IMG/VR virus record: IMGVR_UViG_3300047471_000178
Coordinates: 1-64,000 of that record
DNA: 64,000 nucleotides
Direction: 5' to 3' (one strand)
From: a virus
Shown: piece by piece, positions 14,490 to 22,528 of the stretch
How the letters are laid out: the number at the start of each line of letters is the position of its first letter
Position numbering within the stretch: position 1 is the stretch's first letter
The notes under the pieces: generated by a model
What the model was told of the DNA's origin: nothing
The model's input: only the letters and a program-made list of their open reading frames with translations
Databases searched by the model: none
Position numbers and translations under genes: made by a program

Positions 14490-15020
14490 ATGCCTGAGCT
14501 TAAACTACATCGGCATGAGAAATTCGCTCGCGCGTATGTAAAGCTAAACAACGCGGCTGCGGCTTATCGTGAAGCCTATGGGCAAAAAGGCCATACAGCT
14601 AGGATCAATGGCTGGTGTTTACTGAACCAGCGCGTCGGGGTCAGGGCTAGGGTCGAGGAGCTTAGGGTTCAAATGGCTAAACGTGCTGACATCACTGAAG
14701 ATAAAATCTTGAGCGATTATCAGTGGGCCATCGAATCAGCTAAAGCTCAAGACAAGCCCAATGAGGTTACGGTAGCCGCTACGGCTCAAGCTAAACTTGT
14801 AGGCTTACTGCGCGACCGGATTGAAACAGGTGAGGTTGGCGACTTTGAGAATATGAATACGCTCTCTGAGGTCCTAGAGGCCGTCAAGGATTTAGTTAGC
14901 CCTGAGGCTGCCCTTGCCCTAGCCAATGCCTTCAAAATCGCTCAGTCGCCTCCTGAAGGCCAAAGCGAGGCATCTGACAGTTTGGCTAAGGCTCAGTCCC
15001 CCTCAGATTCAGTGAACTAG
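14490..15020 (+). CDS. terS: terminase small subunit
   Basis: 'HRHEKFARAYVKLNNAAAAYREAYGQKGHTARINGWCLLNQRVGVRARVEELR...ITEDKILSDY' fits the Terminase_2-type TerS pattern. An alternative ATG lies at 14463. Confidence 0.75.
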   Translation: MPELKLHRHEKFARAYVKLNNAAAAYREAYGQKGHTARINGWCLLNQRVGVRARVEELRVQMAKRADITEDKILSDYQWAIESAKAQDKPNEVTVAATAQAKLVGLLRDRIETGEVGDFENMNTLSEVLEAVKDLVSPEAALALANAFKIAQSPPEGQSEASDSLAKAQSPSDSVN

Positions 15021-15103
15021 CGCGTAGTTCACGCTATGTTCACTGTTTGTCCGTCAATGAGCGCGTAGTTCAAGCTATGCGGGCGCGTAGTTCGTGCGTG
15101 ATG
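15020..15103. repeat. three direct repeats with core GCGCGTAGTTC (candidate pac/TerS-binding sites)
   Basis: Copies start at 15020, 15061 and 15083. The first lies inside the palindrome GTGAACTA-GCGCG-TAGTTCAC (15012-15032). Confidence 0.4.
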
Positions 15104-15131
15104 TGAGCCCGCGACCGTTAGCGGCGACCAT

Positions 15132-15162
15132 AAAAAAAGCCCCGTGCCGTTAGGCACAGGGC
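15132..15162 (-). terminator. Rho-independent terminator of the leftward block
   Basis: GCCCTGTGCC-TAAC-GGCACGGGGC followed by TTTTTTT on the minus strand, just after the stop at 15168. Confidence 0.6.
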
Positions 15163-15167
15163 TATTC

Positions 15168-15317
15168 TTACTCACTGAGATTCAGATCAATCAGAATCTC
15201 AGGTACGGAGCAGACATTCGACTCGTCGAAGTCTGCATCCCACTCAGCGAACCACTCGGCCTGGAAGGCCAGGTAATCCATTTCCCACGGATCGGGAATG
15301 TAAACGTCGTCATCCAT
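15168..15317 (-). CDS. acidic miniprotein (49 aa)
   Basis: Start moved to ATG 15317 ('MDDDVYIPDPWEMDY'), preceded by AAGGAGA. The longer track ORF overlaps the upstream gene. Confidence 0.4.
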   Translation of the reverse strand: MDDDVYIPDPWEMDYLAFQAEWFAEWDADFDESNVCSVPEILIDLNLSE

Positions 15318-15366
15318 AGGATGATCTCCTTGAATGCTCTGGGCATTTACGCCCAGAGCGGTTAGA

Positions 15367-15675
15367 TTACGCGGCGTTACGCCGCTTCCAACTCGCCGGA
15401 ACATTCGGCGAGTAGTTACCATCGTCGATCTCTTCGGGATCGGCGAGTAGCACATCGTCCCAGAGTATCTCGTTTTCGTCAGAGAACTGACTCAGAGAAT
15501 CGAGATACTCGTTCCATTCTTCGGTCTCACTTATGGTGAGACCTTCGAATGCACCGTTGCGGACTTGACTCGCAACGGACTGATTGCTAAGATGAATTTG
15601 CTTTGCAGCTAATTCATCCGCAATCACTTCCGCGATCTCAGCCACTAGCTGAGCATCGCTTATCCGGTCACGCAT
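15367..15675 (-). CDS. acidic hypothetical protein
   Basis: 102-aa ORF with a CACGGAGAC leader. Confidence 0.5.
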   Translation of the reverse strand: MRDRISDAQLVAEIAEVIADELAAKQIHLSNQSVASQVRNGAFEGLTISETEEWNEYLDSLSQFSDENEILWDDVLLADPEEIDDGNYSPNVPASWKRRNAA

Positions 15676-15735
15676 AGCGTGTCTCCGTGAGTTAGAGGAA
15701 TGGACAGTTTAGCGTCATGTCCAGGACCAGCAGGC

Positions 15736-15909
15736 TTAGGCAGCCTGCTGAACGGTGATGCCGACCGACGGCAGGTTCGCAGCGAACCATGCCTTGTCGG
15801 CGTCGTCCAAAGCCCGCAGTTCGATCATGAACTGCGTGTTGGACTGACCCGGCAACTTGCCGAAGTAGGCCAACATCGCGGCGGCGAACGGCTTCACAAT
15901 CATCTCCAT
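15736..15909 (-). CDS. miniprotein (57 aa)
   Basis: Hand-translated 'MEMIVKPFAAAMLAYFGKLPGQSNTQF...'. CACGGAG leader. Replaces the plus-strand track ORF 15700..15969. Confidence 0.4.
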   Translation of the reverse strand: MEMIVKPFAAAMLAYFGKLPGQSNTQFMIELRALDDADKAWFAANLPSVGITVQQAA

Positions 15910-15972
15910 CGTAGCAACTCCGTGCAGAGAGGAAATCTGCCTAGAGCGGGATGCTCTAGGCAGTCGTAAGAC

Positions 15973-16443
15973 TCAGTAGCCGAGGCCATAAGCCGAAGCG
16001 GCTTCGGCCTCAGTCTTCGCCTTGGCAGCGGCCTGCTTCGCAAGATAGGCCGCTACCATCTCGTCAGTCACCTCACGAACCTCAGCCTTGCTCTGCAAGG
16101 CAATCGGTTCGACCTGACTGACATGGAACATGACGAGACCTTTAACCTTGACAGCCTTCTCGCCGGTCTTGATGCGGAATCCACGCTCGCTCCACTTGCG
16201 AACGGTGAAGATATTCTGATGCGCTACCGCATCCAAATAACCCGCATCCCTGAAGGTCTTCGTCGTCAGTGACGCGAACTTGAGCTTGCCCTCAGTCGCG
16301 TCATCCACGACGAGACCTTTGAGGTAGGTGCGGCCTTTACGACGCGGTTGCGTCTCGGCCTCAGTCTGCTGAAACATCTGAAGCATCAGACGCAGCTTGG
16401 CTACGTCCTCTGGATGCAAGTCTCTGATATCGTTGATGTTCAT
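15973..16443 (-). CDS. protein with ArdC-N/DUF1738-like motif (paralog of 12768..13118)
   Basis: 'FTVRKWSERGFRIKTGEKAVKVKGLVMFH'. First gene of the leftward block. Confidence 0.4.
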   Translation of the reverse strand: MNINDIRDLHPEDVAKLRLMLQMFQQTEAETQPRRKGRTYLKGLVVDDATEGKLKFASLTTKTFRDAGYLDAVAHQNIFTVRKWSERGFRIKTGEKAVKVKGLVMFHVSQVEPIALQSKAEVREVTDEMVAAYLAKQAAAKAKTEAEAASAYGLGY

Positions 16444-16461
16444 GTGCTAGCTCCTGTGCAA

Positions 16462-16485
16462 TGAGAGAGCGAAAGCGCTCTCTCA
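16462..16485. repeat. GAGAG-type hairpin upstream of the first leftward gene
   Basis: TGAGAGAGCG-AAAG-CGCTCTCTCA. Confidence 0.5.
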
Positions 16486-16704
16486 AGCGAAGCGACGAGA
16501 GCGCTGTAGCGAGCAGCACTGGCTACGCTCAGAGAGCTACGCCAGCAATGGGTGCGCTAGGCTAAGTAGCCCAGCTAACCCATTGACAAGTAAAGCATAA
16601 AGGGGAGCCGTACTGCTCCCCTGGGAGCCGCTAATGGGAGCGGGACTCCAGCAAATTTTTTCCCTTCTCCACGGGCTTATCCCCCAAAAATCTATACAAA
16701 AAAC

Positions 16705-16733
16705 TTGACCACCCATTAGACTAACGATAGACT
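16705..16733 (+). promoter_or_regulatory. candidate sigma70-like promoter of the rightward block (would give a near-leaderless mRNA)
   Basis: TTGACC, 17 nt, TAGACT, then 6 nt before ATG 16740. A TAGACTAAC direct repeat overlaps the spacer and the -10 element. Confidence 0.3.
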
Positions 16734-16739
16734 AACAAC

Positions 16740-16970
16740 ATGGATAGTATTAGTCTAACGCAAGCGATAGCTAAGCTGAGGAGGGATCAGCCTAGGAATG
16801 CTCTGACGATGATGGTGTGTGATGAACTGATGGCCCGCCTGATGGTCACAGACGCTCGTACAGAGGCCAGGGCTGATGAGGTGAAGAAGGCTCTCAAGTT
16901 TGACCGCAACGCTTACCAACGGGCCTACATGAAGAAGTGGAGAGCCAAAAAAAATCTGAAAAAGTTGTAG
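16740..16970 (+). CDS. hypothetical protein
   Basis: 76-aa basic ORF. Confidence 0.45.
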   Translation: MDSISLTQAIAKLRRDQPRNALTMMVCDELMARLMVTDARTEARADEVKKALKFDRNAYQRAYMKKWRAKKNLKKL

Positions 16971-17029
16971 GGTAATGAATGATACAGACGGAACTTAAAG
17001 TCTGTGGTATGGTTCCTCAGGAGGCATTC

Positions 17030-17152
17030 ATGGAGGCTACTATGCAAAAAGCCATTGAAAACTTTCTCTTCGGGCTTTGCTTTGGTATGGGGTTTGTGAT
17101 TGCCAGCAATGTGCTGAACTTCATCGGTCAATTCCTTCATGCCTCTCACTGA
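17030..17152 (+). CDS. transmembrane miniprotein (40 aa)
   Basis: AGGAGG precedes the ATG. 'FLFGLCFGMGFVIASNVLNFIGQFL'. Confidence 0.35.
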   Translation: MEATMQKAIENFLFGLCFGMGFVIASNVLNFIGQFLHASH

Positions 17153-17246
17153 TCCTGGTAATCAGTTTGTGCTGCTTGTTCTTTCGTTCCTCGCTTTCCT
17201 GGTAGCCATTGGCCTTATGTATAAGGGCATTGGGGACTGCTGTTAA
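17139..17246 (+). CDS. transmembrane miniprotein (35 aa)
   Basis: Overlaps the previous ORF. 'FVLLVLSFLAFLVAIGLMY'. Confidence 0.3.
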   Translation: MPLTDPGNQFVLLVLSFLAFLVAIGLMYKGIGDCC

Positions 17247-17451
17247 AAAGGAGCCAGCATTTAACTGGCTCAGTAGGCCGGGAGACGGAGGATCAAAGTC
17301 GATCCCCTGACACGCCCTTTCGGGCGATACACGAATGTATCACGGAATCTGGTTATAGGGTAGTAAAATGAATCTCATAGACTACCTTAGACGCCAGTAC
17401 GGCCCACCTCCGTGGGCAAGAACTCTCATCTCAAACCAGGAGAAATTCCAA

Positions 17452-17655
17452 ATGGCTACCAAGGCTCAACTCGACAAGTTCGTAGCGGACGTTCAGGCTC
17501 TCATCGCGGCTGGCGTTGCCGAGATCACAGCGGCTGTCGCTGCGGCCCAGGGTGCAAGTCCAGACCCGGCCATCGATGCGCTCGATACCCAGGTGACGAC
17601 TGCGACCGCAAATCTGACGGCTGCTGCTGCCGCACTGACACCTCCATCTAGCTAA
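17452..17655 (+). CDS. Ala-rich small protein
   Basis: Start moved to ATG 17452, preceded by AGGAG. 'MATKAQLDKFVADVQALIAAGVAEITAAVAAAQ'. Confidence 0.4.
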   Translation: MATKAQLDKFVADVQALIAAGVAEITAAVAAAQGASPDPAIDALDTQVTTATANLTAAAAALTPPSS

Positions 17656-17703
17656 ATGACGATGAATGAGTGATACTAGGGTTAAGCAGCCCTAGGATTT
17701 TCC

Positions 17704-18567
17704 ATGTCCGACACCAGAATCATGAGCAGGCCCTACGTCATAGGGGGCACCAATACGTCCTTTGTGGTTCCTGCTGCCGGTGCATCCCTTCTTCTCGATC
17801 CCGGTATACTGACAGCCACGGCAACGATGGCTTATAGCAGCAGAAAACTTCGCACGGCTTATGCTGGTAAAGCCCTCAAGGCGAGGACAACGGACGGAAC
17901 CGATAGCAATGCGGACATAGGGTTTACCGGAACGGATTTGGATACAGGCGCGCTTGCTACCTTGGTTTCCGGTGCGGGCGCGACTGCCGCTGGCATAGAT
18001 ACTTGGTACGACCAGACCGTAACGGCGGTTACTAATAACAACGGAACCCGCACACAAATTCCATTGATTGTGACGGGCAGCGCCAACATAACCCAGAACG
18101 GTCATGTATGGGCAGCGGGAACGACGGCTCATTGCTTGTTCAGTTCCAGCGGAGCACTTGGGTTTGCGCGACCAACTTCGTTCGCTATCTTGGCCAGATA
18201 TGACACGGTTGCAAATAACCAAGTAATATTCGGAGATTTTAATGGTGGTCTAGAATCCCTTATTCAGGGTGCTAGCACGTTCTTTGGGATGAGTAACGGG
18301 TCGTTCATGCCCAGCACCGTGGCAGCAGACACCAGCTTGCATTCGTTCTTTGGGACATTCAATGGGGCAAGTTCGAGCATAGTCGTTGACGGAACAACAA
18401 CCAACGGAAATGCCGGAGCCAACGTCACCATCAACGAAATCGACCTGTGGATCTTTAACGGTAATGCCCATATTGCCGAAGTCATTTTCTTCCAGAACAC
18501 GACATTAAGCGGTACGGATATAACGACCATTCGTACTAGCTGGCAGAGTTATTGGGGTGCCCCGTGA
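17704..18567 (+). CDS. concanavalin-A-like (AbfB-N/LamG-like) beta-sandwich protein
   Basis: 'AYSSRKLRTAYAGKALKARTTDGTDSNADIGF...GIDTWYDQT' resembles the motif I recall from the GH54 AbfB catalytic-domain fold and from phage fibre lectin domains. Confidence 0.4.
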   Translation: MSDTRIMSRPYVIGGTNTSFVVPAAGASLLLDPGILTATATMAYSSRKLRTAYAGKALKARTTDGTDSNADIGFTGTDLDTGALATLVSGAGATAAGIDTWYDQTVTAVTNNNGTRTQIPLIVTGSANITQNGHVWAAGTTAHCLFSSSGALGFARPTSFAILARYDTVANNQVIFGDFNGGLESLIQGASTFFGMSNGSFMPSTVAADTSLHSFFGTFNGASSSIVVDGTTTNGNAGANVTINEIDLWIFNGNAHIAEVIFFQNTTLSGTDITTIRTSWQSYWGAP

Positions 18568-18569
18568 CG

Positions 18570-21194
18570 ATGCGGATCGGCACCAACCTGACTCCACTCG
18601 ATGCTGGCAATGCCACTGAACGCCCATTCCTGAATGAACTCAAGGTAATGGGCGGTTATTTCACCTACACTTCTCCGAATGGCAGCGACACCGGAGAAGA
18701 AGTCGCACTCTACAAGACCGGATTGGACGCTAACGGATACTGCACGTCATTCAGCGGCTTCACGTTCGGCGCTCTACAGATGATGATTAATGGCGGCGCA
18801 TGGTCGTCGAATCCAACCGGAAACTATTATGTTTTCATGTGTGACCTCAACGGTGGCACACCATCATTCAGTTTCACTACGAATAGTGCTGTTACTTCGG
18901 TGGATAGCAGTAATGCCGCTTCAGGACGATGGCTTCTAACCACATCTAACAACGGGAATCCCATCAGAATATGGCAGACCGCGACAGGAACTCCACACGC
19001 CACTAACTTCCGCCTGATTTGGGGCGGCGTTGAGAATGTCGGTGACGTTGCCTCTACTGCTGGCACTGGCGTAGGAACTACCGTCGGCGTCAATGGCGTA
19101 GGAACCAGAGAGGCGCTCTATAACAGCAATGTGGCTGGCGGTCAGCCTTGGGGAGGGTTTAATCCAACCTTCCTAGCCAAGATGGCCCCGTACTCGTCAA
19201 TCCGGTTCATGGATTGGGGCGCAACGATTGCAAGCTGCCAAGTTGATTGGGCAGATCGCCGTCCAGTGGGATGGGTTTCTTATGTTGATGGTTTCAACTT
19301 CCCGACCAAGTTTGGTGTCACACCCAACCCAGATCAGGGCGGAGGAAAGAGCGAAGTCCCCTATGAGGTAATGTGTGCACTCTGCAATCAGTTAGGCGTG
19401 GATATGCACATCTGTATGCCTGGTTTGGCAACGGATGATTTTGTTTTGCAGCTTGCGACGTTCGTACACAGCGATGCGACTTACAAACTTGTTTCGCCTC
19501 ACAACGTTCGCGTCGAATATTCCAACGAAGTTTGGAACCAGGGGCAATTCGGTGTATTTCTTGGTACGATCACGGCAAGCTGTGCTGCTGGTGTCCTCAA
19601 TGTTACTTCCGTAGCCGGACTTACTGGAGGCAAACTATTTGCTGGTATTAACGGATGTTGGTTGGAAGACGGCAGCAATGATGGGCACGGTGATTCTGCG
19701 CTTGCTGGTTCTTATCCAGCAATCATTACTAGCTTGGGAACAGGAACTGGAGGCACCGGGACTTATAACATCAGCCGCAATCTGACGTTTGGTTCAGAAA
19801 CAATCAATGTCCATCTCAACGTCAATGCCTGTATGTCGAATTTGGATTTAGAAGCGAATAATAACGGAGGCTTAGGGGGAGCGAGTAATTTTACGTTTGT
19901 TGTCCAATATGGGGGCCTTCGCGCTGCCCAAGTCGGCAACATTTGGAAGGACGTTTGGGGCGGCGATGCCTCGCGTGTCATAAGATTATTCGGCGGCTGG
20001 TCAGGCAATAACGGGACTATTCAAGGACCTATGCTTCCGCAGACTTGGTTTGATTCAACGGCGCTGTTGGCGGCAACATTTACCGGAACCATATCCGGCA
20101 CAACGCTTACAGTCAGCGGCGTTACCAATACCATCACACCTCATACTCTTGTCACTGGTTCCGGTGTTGCAGCGCAGACATACATCCAATCTGGAAGCGG
20201 AACTACTTGGATTGTCAACAAGTCTCAGTCTGTTGGTCCGGTCAGCATGACATCAATAGGATACAACGGAACGCTGGCTTCCAACGTAGATGAATTGTGT
20301 ACTGCTCCTTATTTCAGCGCCTACGATGCCAGCAATCCGTGGACGGACATGCCTTATGCGTGGCATAATAATCTTTCCGTTGGAGTTGTAAAAGTTGCCA
20401 ACGCTGTTCTTAACGGCGGAGATATTCCCTACGATGGTGGCGGAAGAACCATTCACAGCGCAGATGGTGGTGCAACTTACACGCTGACAAGTAGCTTGGG
20501 TCTATCAGGCACACCCGCTGACATGACGATAGTGAGCGGGACATTTGATACATTGTGTCATGCAGGGGCAACTATCGTCGTTGATTCCTGTTCATCATTT
20601 CCATTGCTGTCGCGCCATGCTGCGATAGGCTTAAATAATGTCGGACCAGGTTATATTATGGCTTTATGCTTCAATGCTATCGATGGAGGTTGGCAGATTG
20701 TAGATAACTATCCCTCCAGCGGTCAATATCGAATTGATGCCGCAGTTCCTGGCGGAAGCGGGGTTACCGGTTGGATTGCAGTTAATTACGCAACTGCTGT
20801 CACCAATGGACTTACATTGTCATGCTATGAAGGCGGACAACAATTCGTTTCATCCGTCCATCAAGGAGGCGACCTTGATACTCTCTGGAAAAACTTCTGG
20901 CGCAGTTCATCAGCCTATACAGTGTTTCTGACTTTCCTGCAAAACATGGATAGCAATGCTACTATAACCATGTTTCATAACTTCAATGACGTTGCCCCGT
21001 TTACGTTTGGTGAATATTGGGGAGCAATGGAATATATAACGCAAACGCCAAACTCGCCACGCTATCAAGCTATTTTGGATTTTACTGGCACATCAGGCCC
21101 AACCACCCCTGGTACTGTCGGTCCTACCACCATCGGAATGAACAGCCGATATGGTGTCTATAAATCTCGCCCGACAAAGATACCACTAAGCTAG
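18570..21194 (+). CDS. large glycoside-hydrolase-like protein (clan GH-A TIM-barrel motifs)
   Basis: 'YSSIRFMDWG...EVPYEVMCALCNQLGVDMHICMP...VRVEYSNEVWN' is a catalytic NE-type motif pattern. Start moved to ATG 18570. Confidence 0.45.
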   Translation: MRIGTNLTPLDAGNATERPFLNELKVMGGYFTYTSPNGSDTGEEVALYKTGLDANGYCTSFSGFTFGALQMMINGGAWSSNPTGNYYVFMCDLNGGTPSFSFTTNSAVTSVDSSNAASGRWLLTTSNNGNPIRIWQTATGTPHATNFRLIWGGVENVGDVASTAGTGVGTTVGVNGVGTREALYNSNVAGGQPWGGFNPTFLAKMAPYSSIRFMDWGATIASCQVDWADRRPVGWVSYVDGFNFPTKFGVTPNPDQGGGKSEVPYEVMCALCNQLGVDMHICMPGLATDDFVLQLATFVHSDATYKLVSPHNVRVEYSNEVWNQGQFGVFLGTITASCAAGVLNVTSVAGLTGGKLFAGINGCWLEDGSNDGHGDSALAGSYPAIITSLGTGTGGTGTYNISRNLTFGSETINVHLNVNACMSNLDLEANNNGGLGGASNFTFVVQYGGLRAAQVGNIWKDVWGGDASRVIRLFGGWSGNNGTIQGPMLPQTWFDSTALLAATFTGTISGTTLTVSGVTNTITPHTLVTGSGVAAQTYIQSGSGTTWIVNKSQSVGPVSMTSIGYNGTLASNVDELCTAPYFSAYDASNPWTDMPYAWHNNLSVGVVKVANAVLNGGDIPYDGGGRTIHSADGGATYTLTSSLGLSGTPADMTIVSGTFDTLCHAGATIVVDSCSSFPLLSRHAAIGLNNVGPGYIMALCFNAIDGGWQIVDNYPSSGQYRIDAAVPGGSGVTGWIAVNYATAVTNGLTLSCYEGGQQFVSSVHQGGDLDTLWKNFWRSSSAYTVFLTFLQNMDSNATITMFHNFNDVAPFTFGEYWGAMEYITQTPNSPRYQAILDFTGTSGPTTPGTVGPTTIGMNSRYGVYKSRPTKIPLS

Positions 21195-22214
21195 ATTCTC
21201 TGGATAGAGTTCTCGTCCGGCAGGCAGACTTTGCACAAGCGCCCCGCCAATAACCTCATTAACTTGGGCAGGGGTATAAGCACCTTCCGGACATGGCCTG
21301 AGCATCTCAAAGTCATCTGGACTTAGGAGATGCCCTCTCTCGCAATCAGACTTGAGTCTTAAGGCCCGTCTCTGGACGATAACAGACTCATCCTCATTAT
21401 TCTCGACTCGCTTGACCCCATCTCCCATAGCCATCTCTAGTTCCCAAGTGGCTTTCACCATTTCTTTCCATGATCGATGGGTAAGTGCAAAAGCATGATC
21501 TGGGCCGCTTCTCGTATTGTCATCCGTAAAGTGCTTCTCGACAACACTCGCACCAAGCGCGACAGCGCCCAAGACGGAAGAATGTCCAGGCGTATGGTCA
21601 GAAAGACCAAGTGTAAGATGAGGCCAGTGAATCGCATACGAACGCAGGACATTAATGTTGACATGCTTGAAGTTCTCCAGTGAGCCTGTGTAGTTGGTGT
21701 TGCATTGCAGGAGAGTTAATTGATGATTGTGTCTGAGCACCGTCTTTACGGCTATCTCCACCTCTTCCATCGTGGAGGCTCCTGTAGCTAAATAAACCGG
21801 CTTCCATTGACAAGCGATGTGCTTGATTAACGGAAGATAGGTAATATCCCCTGACCCGATCTTATATCCACTGACCAAATCAAAGACCTGATCGACAGCC
21901 TCGAAGTCGTATGGTGTAGTCATGAAATGAATGCCCACACTCTTAGCCGTCTCGGCAAGTATGGAGTTCCAATCGCGGTTGATGCTGTATTGCTGATAGA
22001 CTTCATAAACGGGTTTTTCCCACGCGGCCTGATGGGCGCTCTTGCCGATGGACTCGAACCCTTGACGGCTCACGATGGACTCAGCCTTGAAATGCTGAAA
22101 CTTAGCGCAGTCTGCACCGGCTTCCTTTGCTAACTTGATGAGTTCCCTGGCTCGCTCAAGCTCACCATCATGGTTAGCCCCGATGTCTGCGATGAAATAG
22201 GTCACTTGTCCCAC
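21186..22214 (-). CDS. neuB: NeuB-family nonulosonic acid synthase (PseI/LegI/NeuB type) with SAF domain
   Basis: 'YFIADIGANHDGELERARELIKLAKEAGADCAKFQ...KIGSGDITYLPLI...LGLSDHT'. The C-terminal region is SAF-like. Confidence 0.85.
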   Translation of the reverse strand: MGQVTYFIADIGANHDGELERARELIKLAKEAGADCAKFQHFKAESIVSRQGFESIGKSAHQAAWEKPVYEVYQQYSINRDWNSILAETAKSVGIHFMTTPYDFEAVDQVFDLVSGYKIGSGDITYLPLIKHIACQWKPVYLATGASTMEEVEIAVKTVLRHNHQLTLLQCNTNYTGSLENFKHVNINVLRSYAIHWPHLTLGLSDHTPGHSSVLGAVALGASVVEKHFTDDNTRSGPDHAFALTHRSWKEMVKATWELEMAMGDGVKRVENNEDESVIVQRRALRLKSDCERGHLLSPDDFEMLRPCPEGAYTPAQVNEVIGGALVQSLPAGRELYPENLA

Positions 22215-22420
22215 CTATACTGATCTGTGTGTTGTTTGACGAACCAGCAGCAATAGGTAACGAGAAAACTTATCGGCATTAGAACATCATCCCACCACGG
22301 AAAATGATATTTGAAGGCCCATCTAATCTCGTCGGCATCTAAAAGAATCAATAAGCAAAGGACCCATACCGAAATGCGGTTTGCCCAATATTGCCACACC
22401 ATCCTTCTGTAATTGGTCAC
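22202..22420 (-). CDS. small membrane protein
   Basis: 72-aa ORF with two hydrophobic segments. Overlaps the neuB start by 13 nt. Confidence 0.4.
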   Translation of the reverse strand: MTNYRRMVWQYWANRISVWVLCLLILLDADEIRWAFKYHFPWWDDVLMPISFLVTYCCWFVKQHTDQYRWDK

Positions 22421-22528
22421 GGCTTAAATCCCCTAAAGCACTTGAACATTCCTCAATGCGAGATGCTCAGGTAGCCATCGCCATCGGCGCGAGCCCACGC
22501 CAACTCAGCCAAATCAAGACGGGTATAA

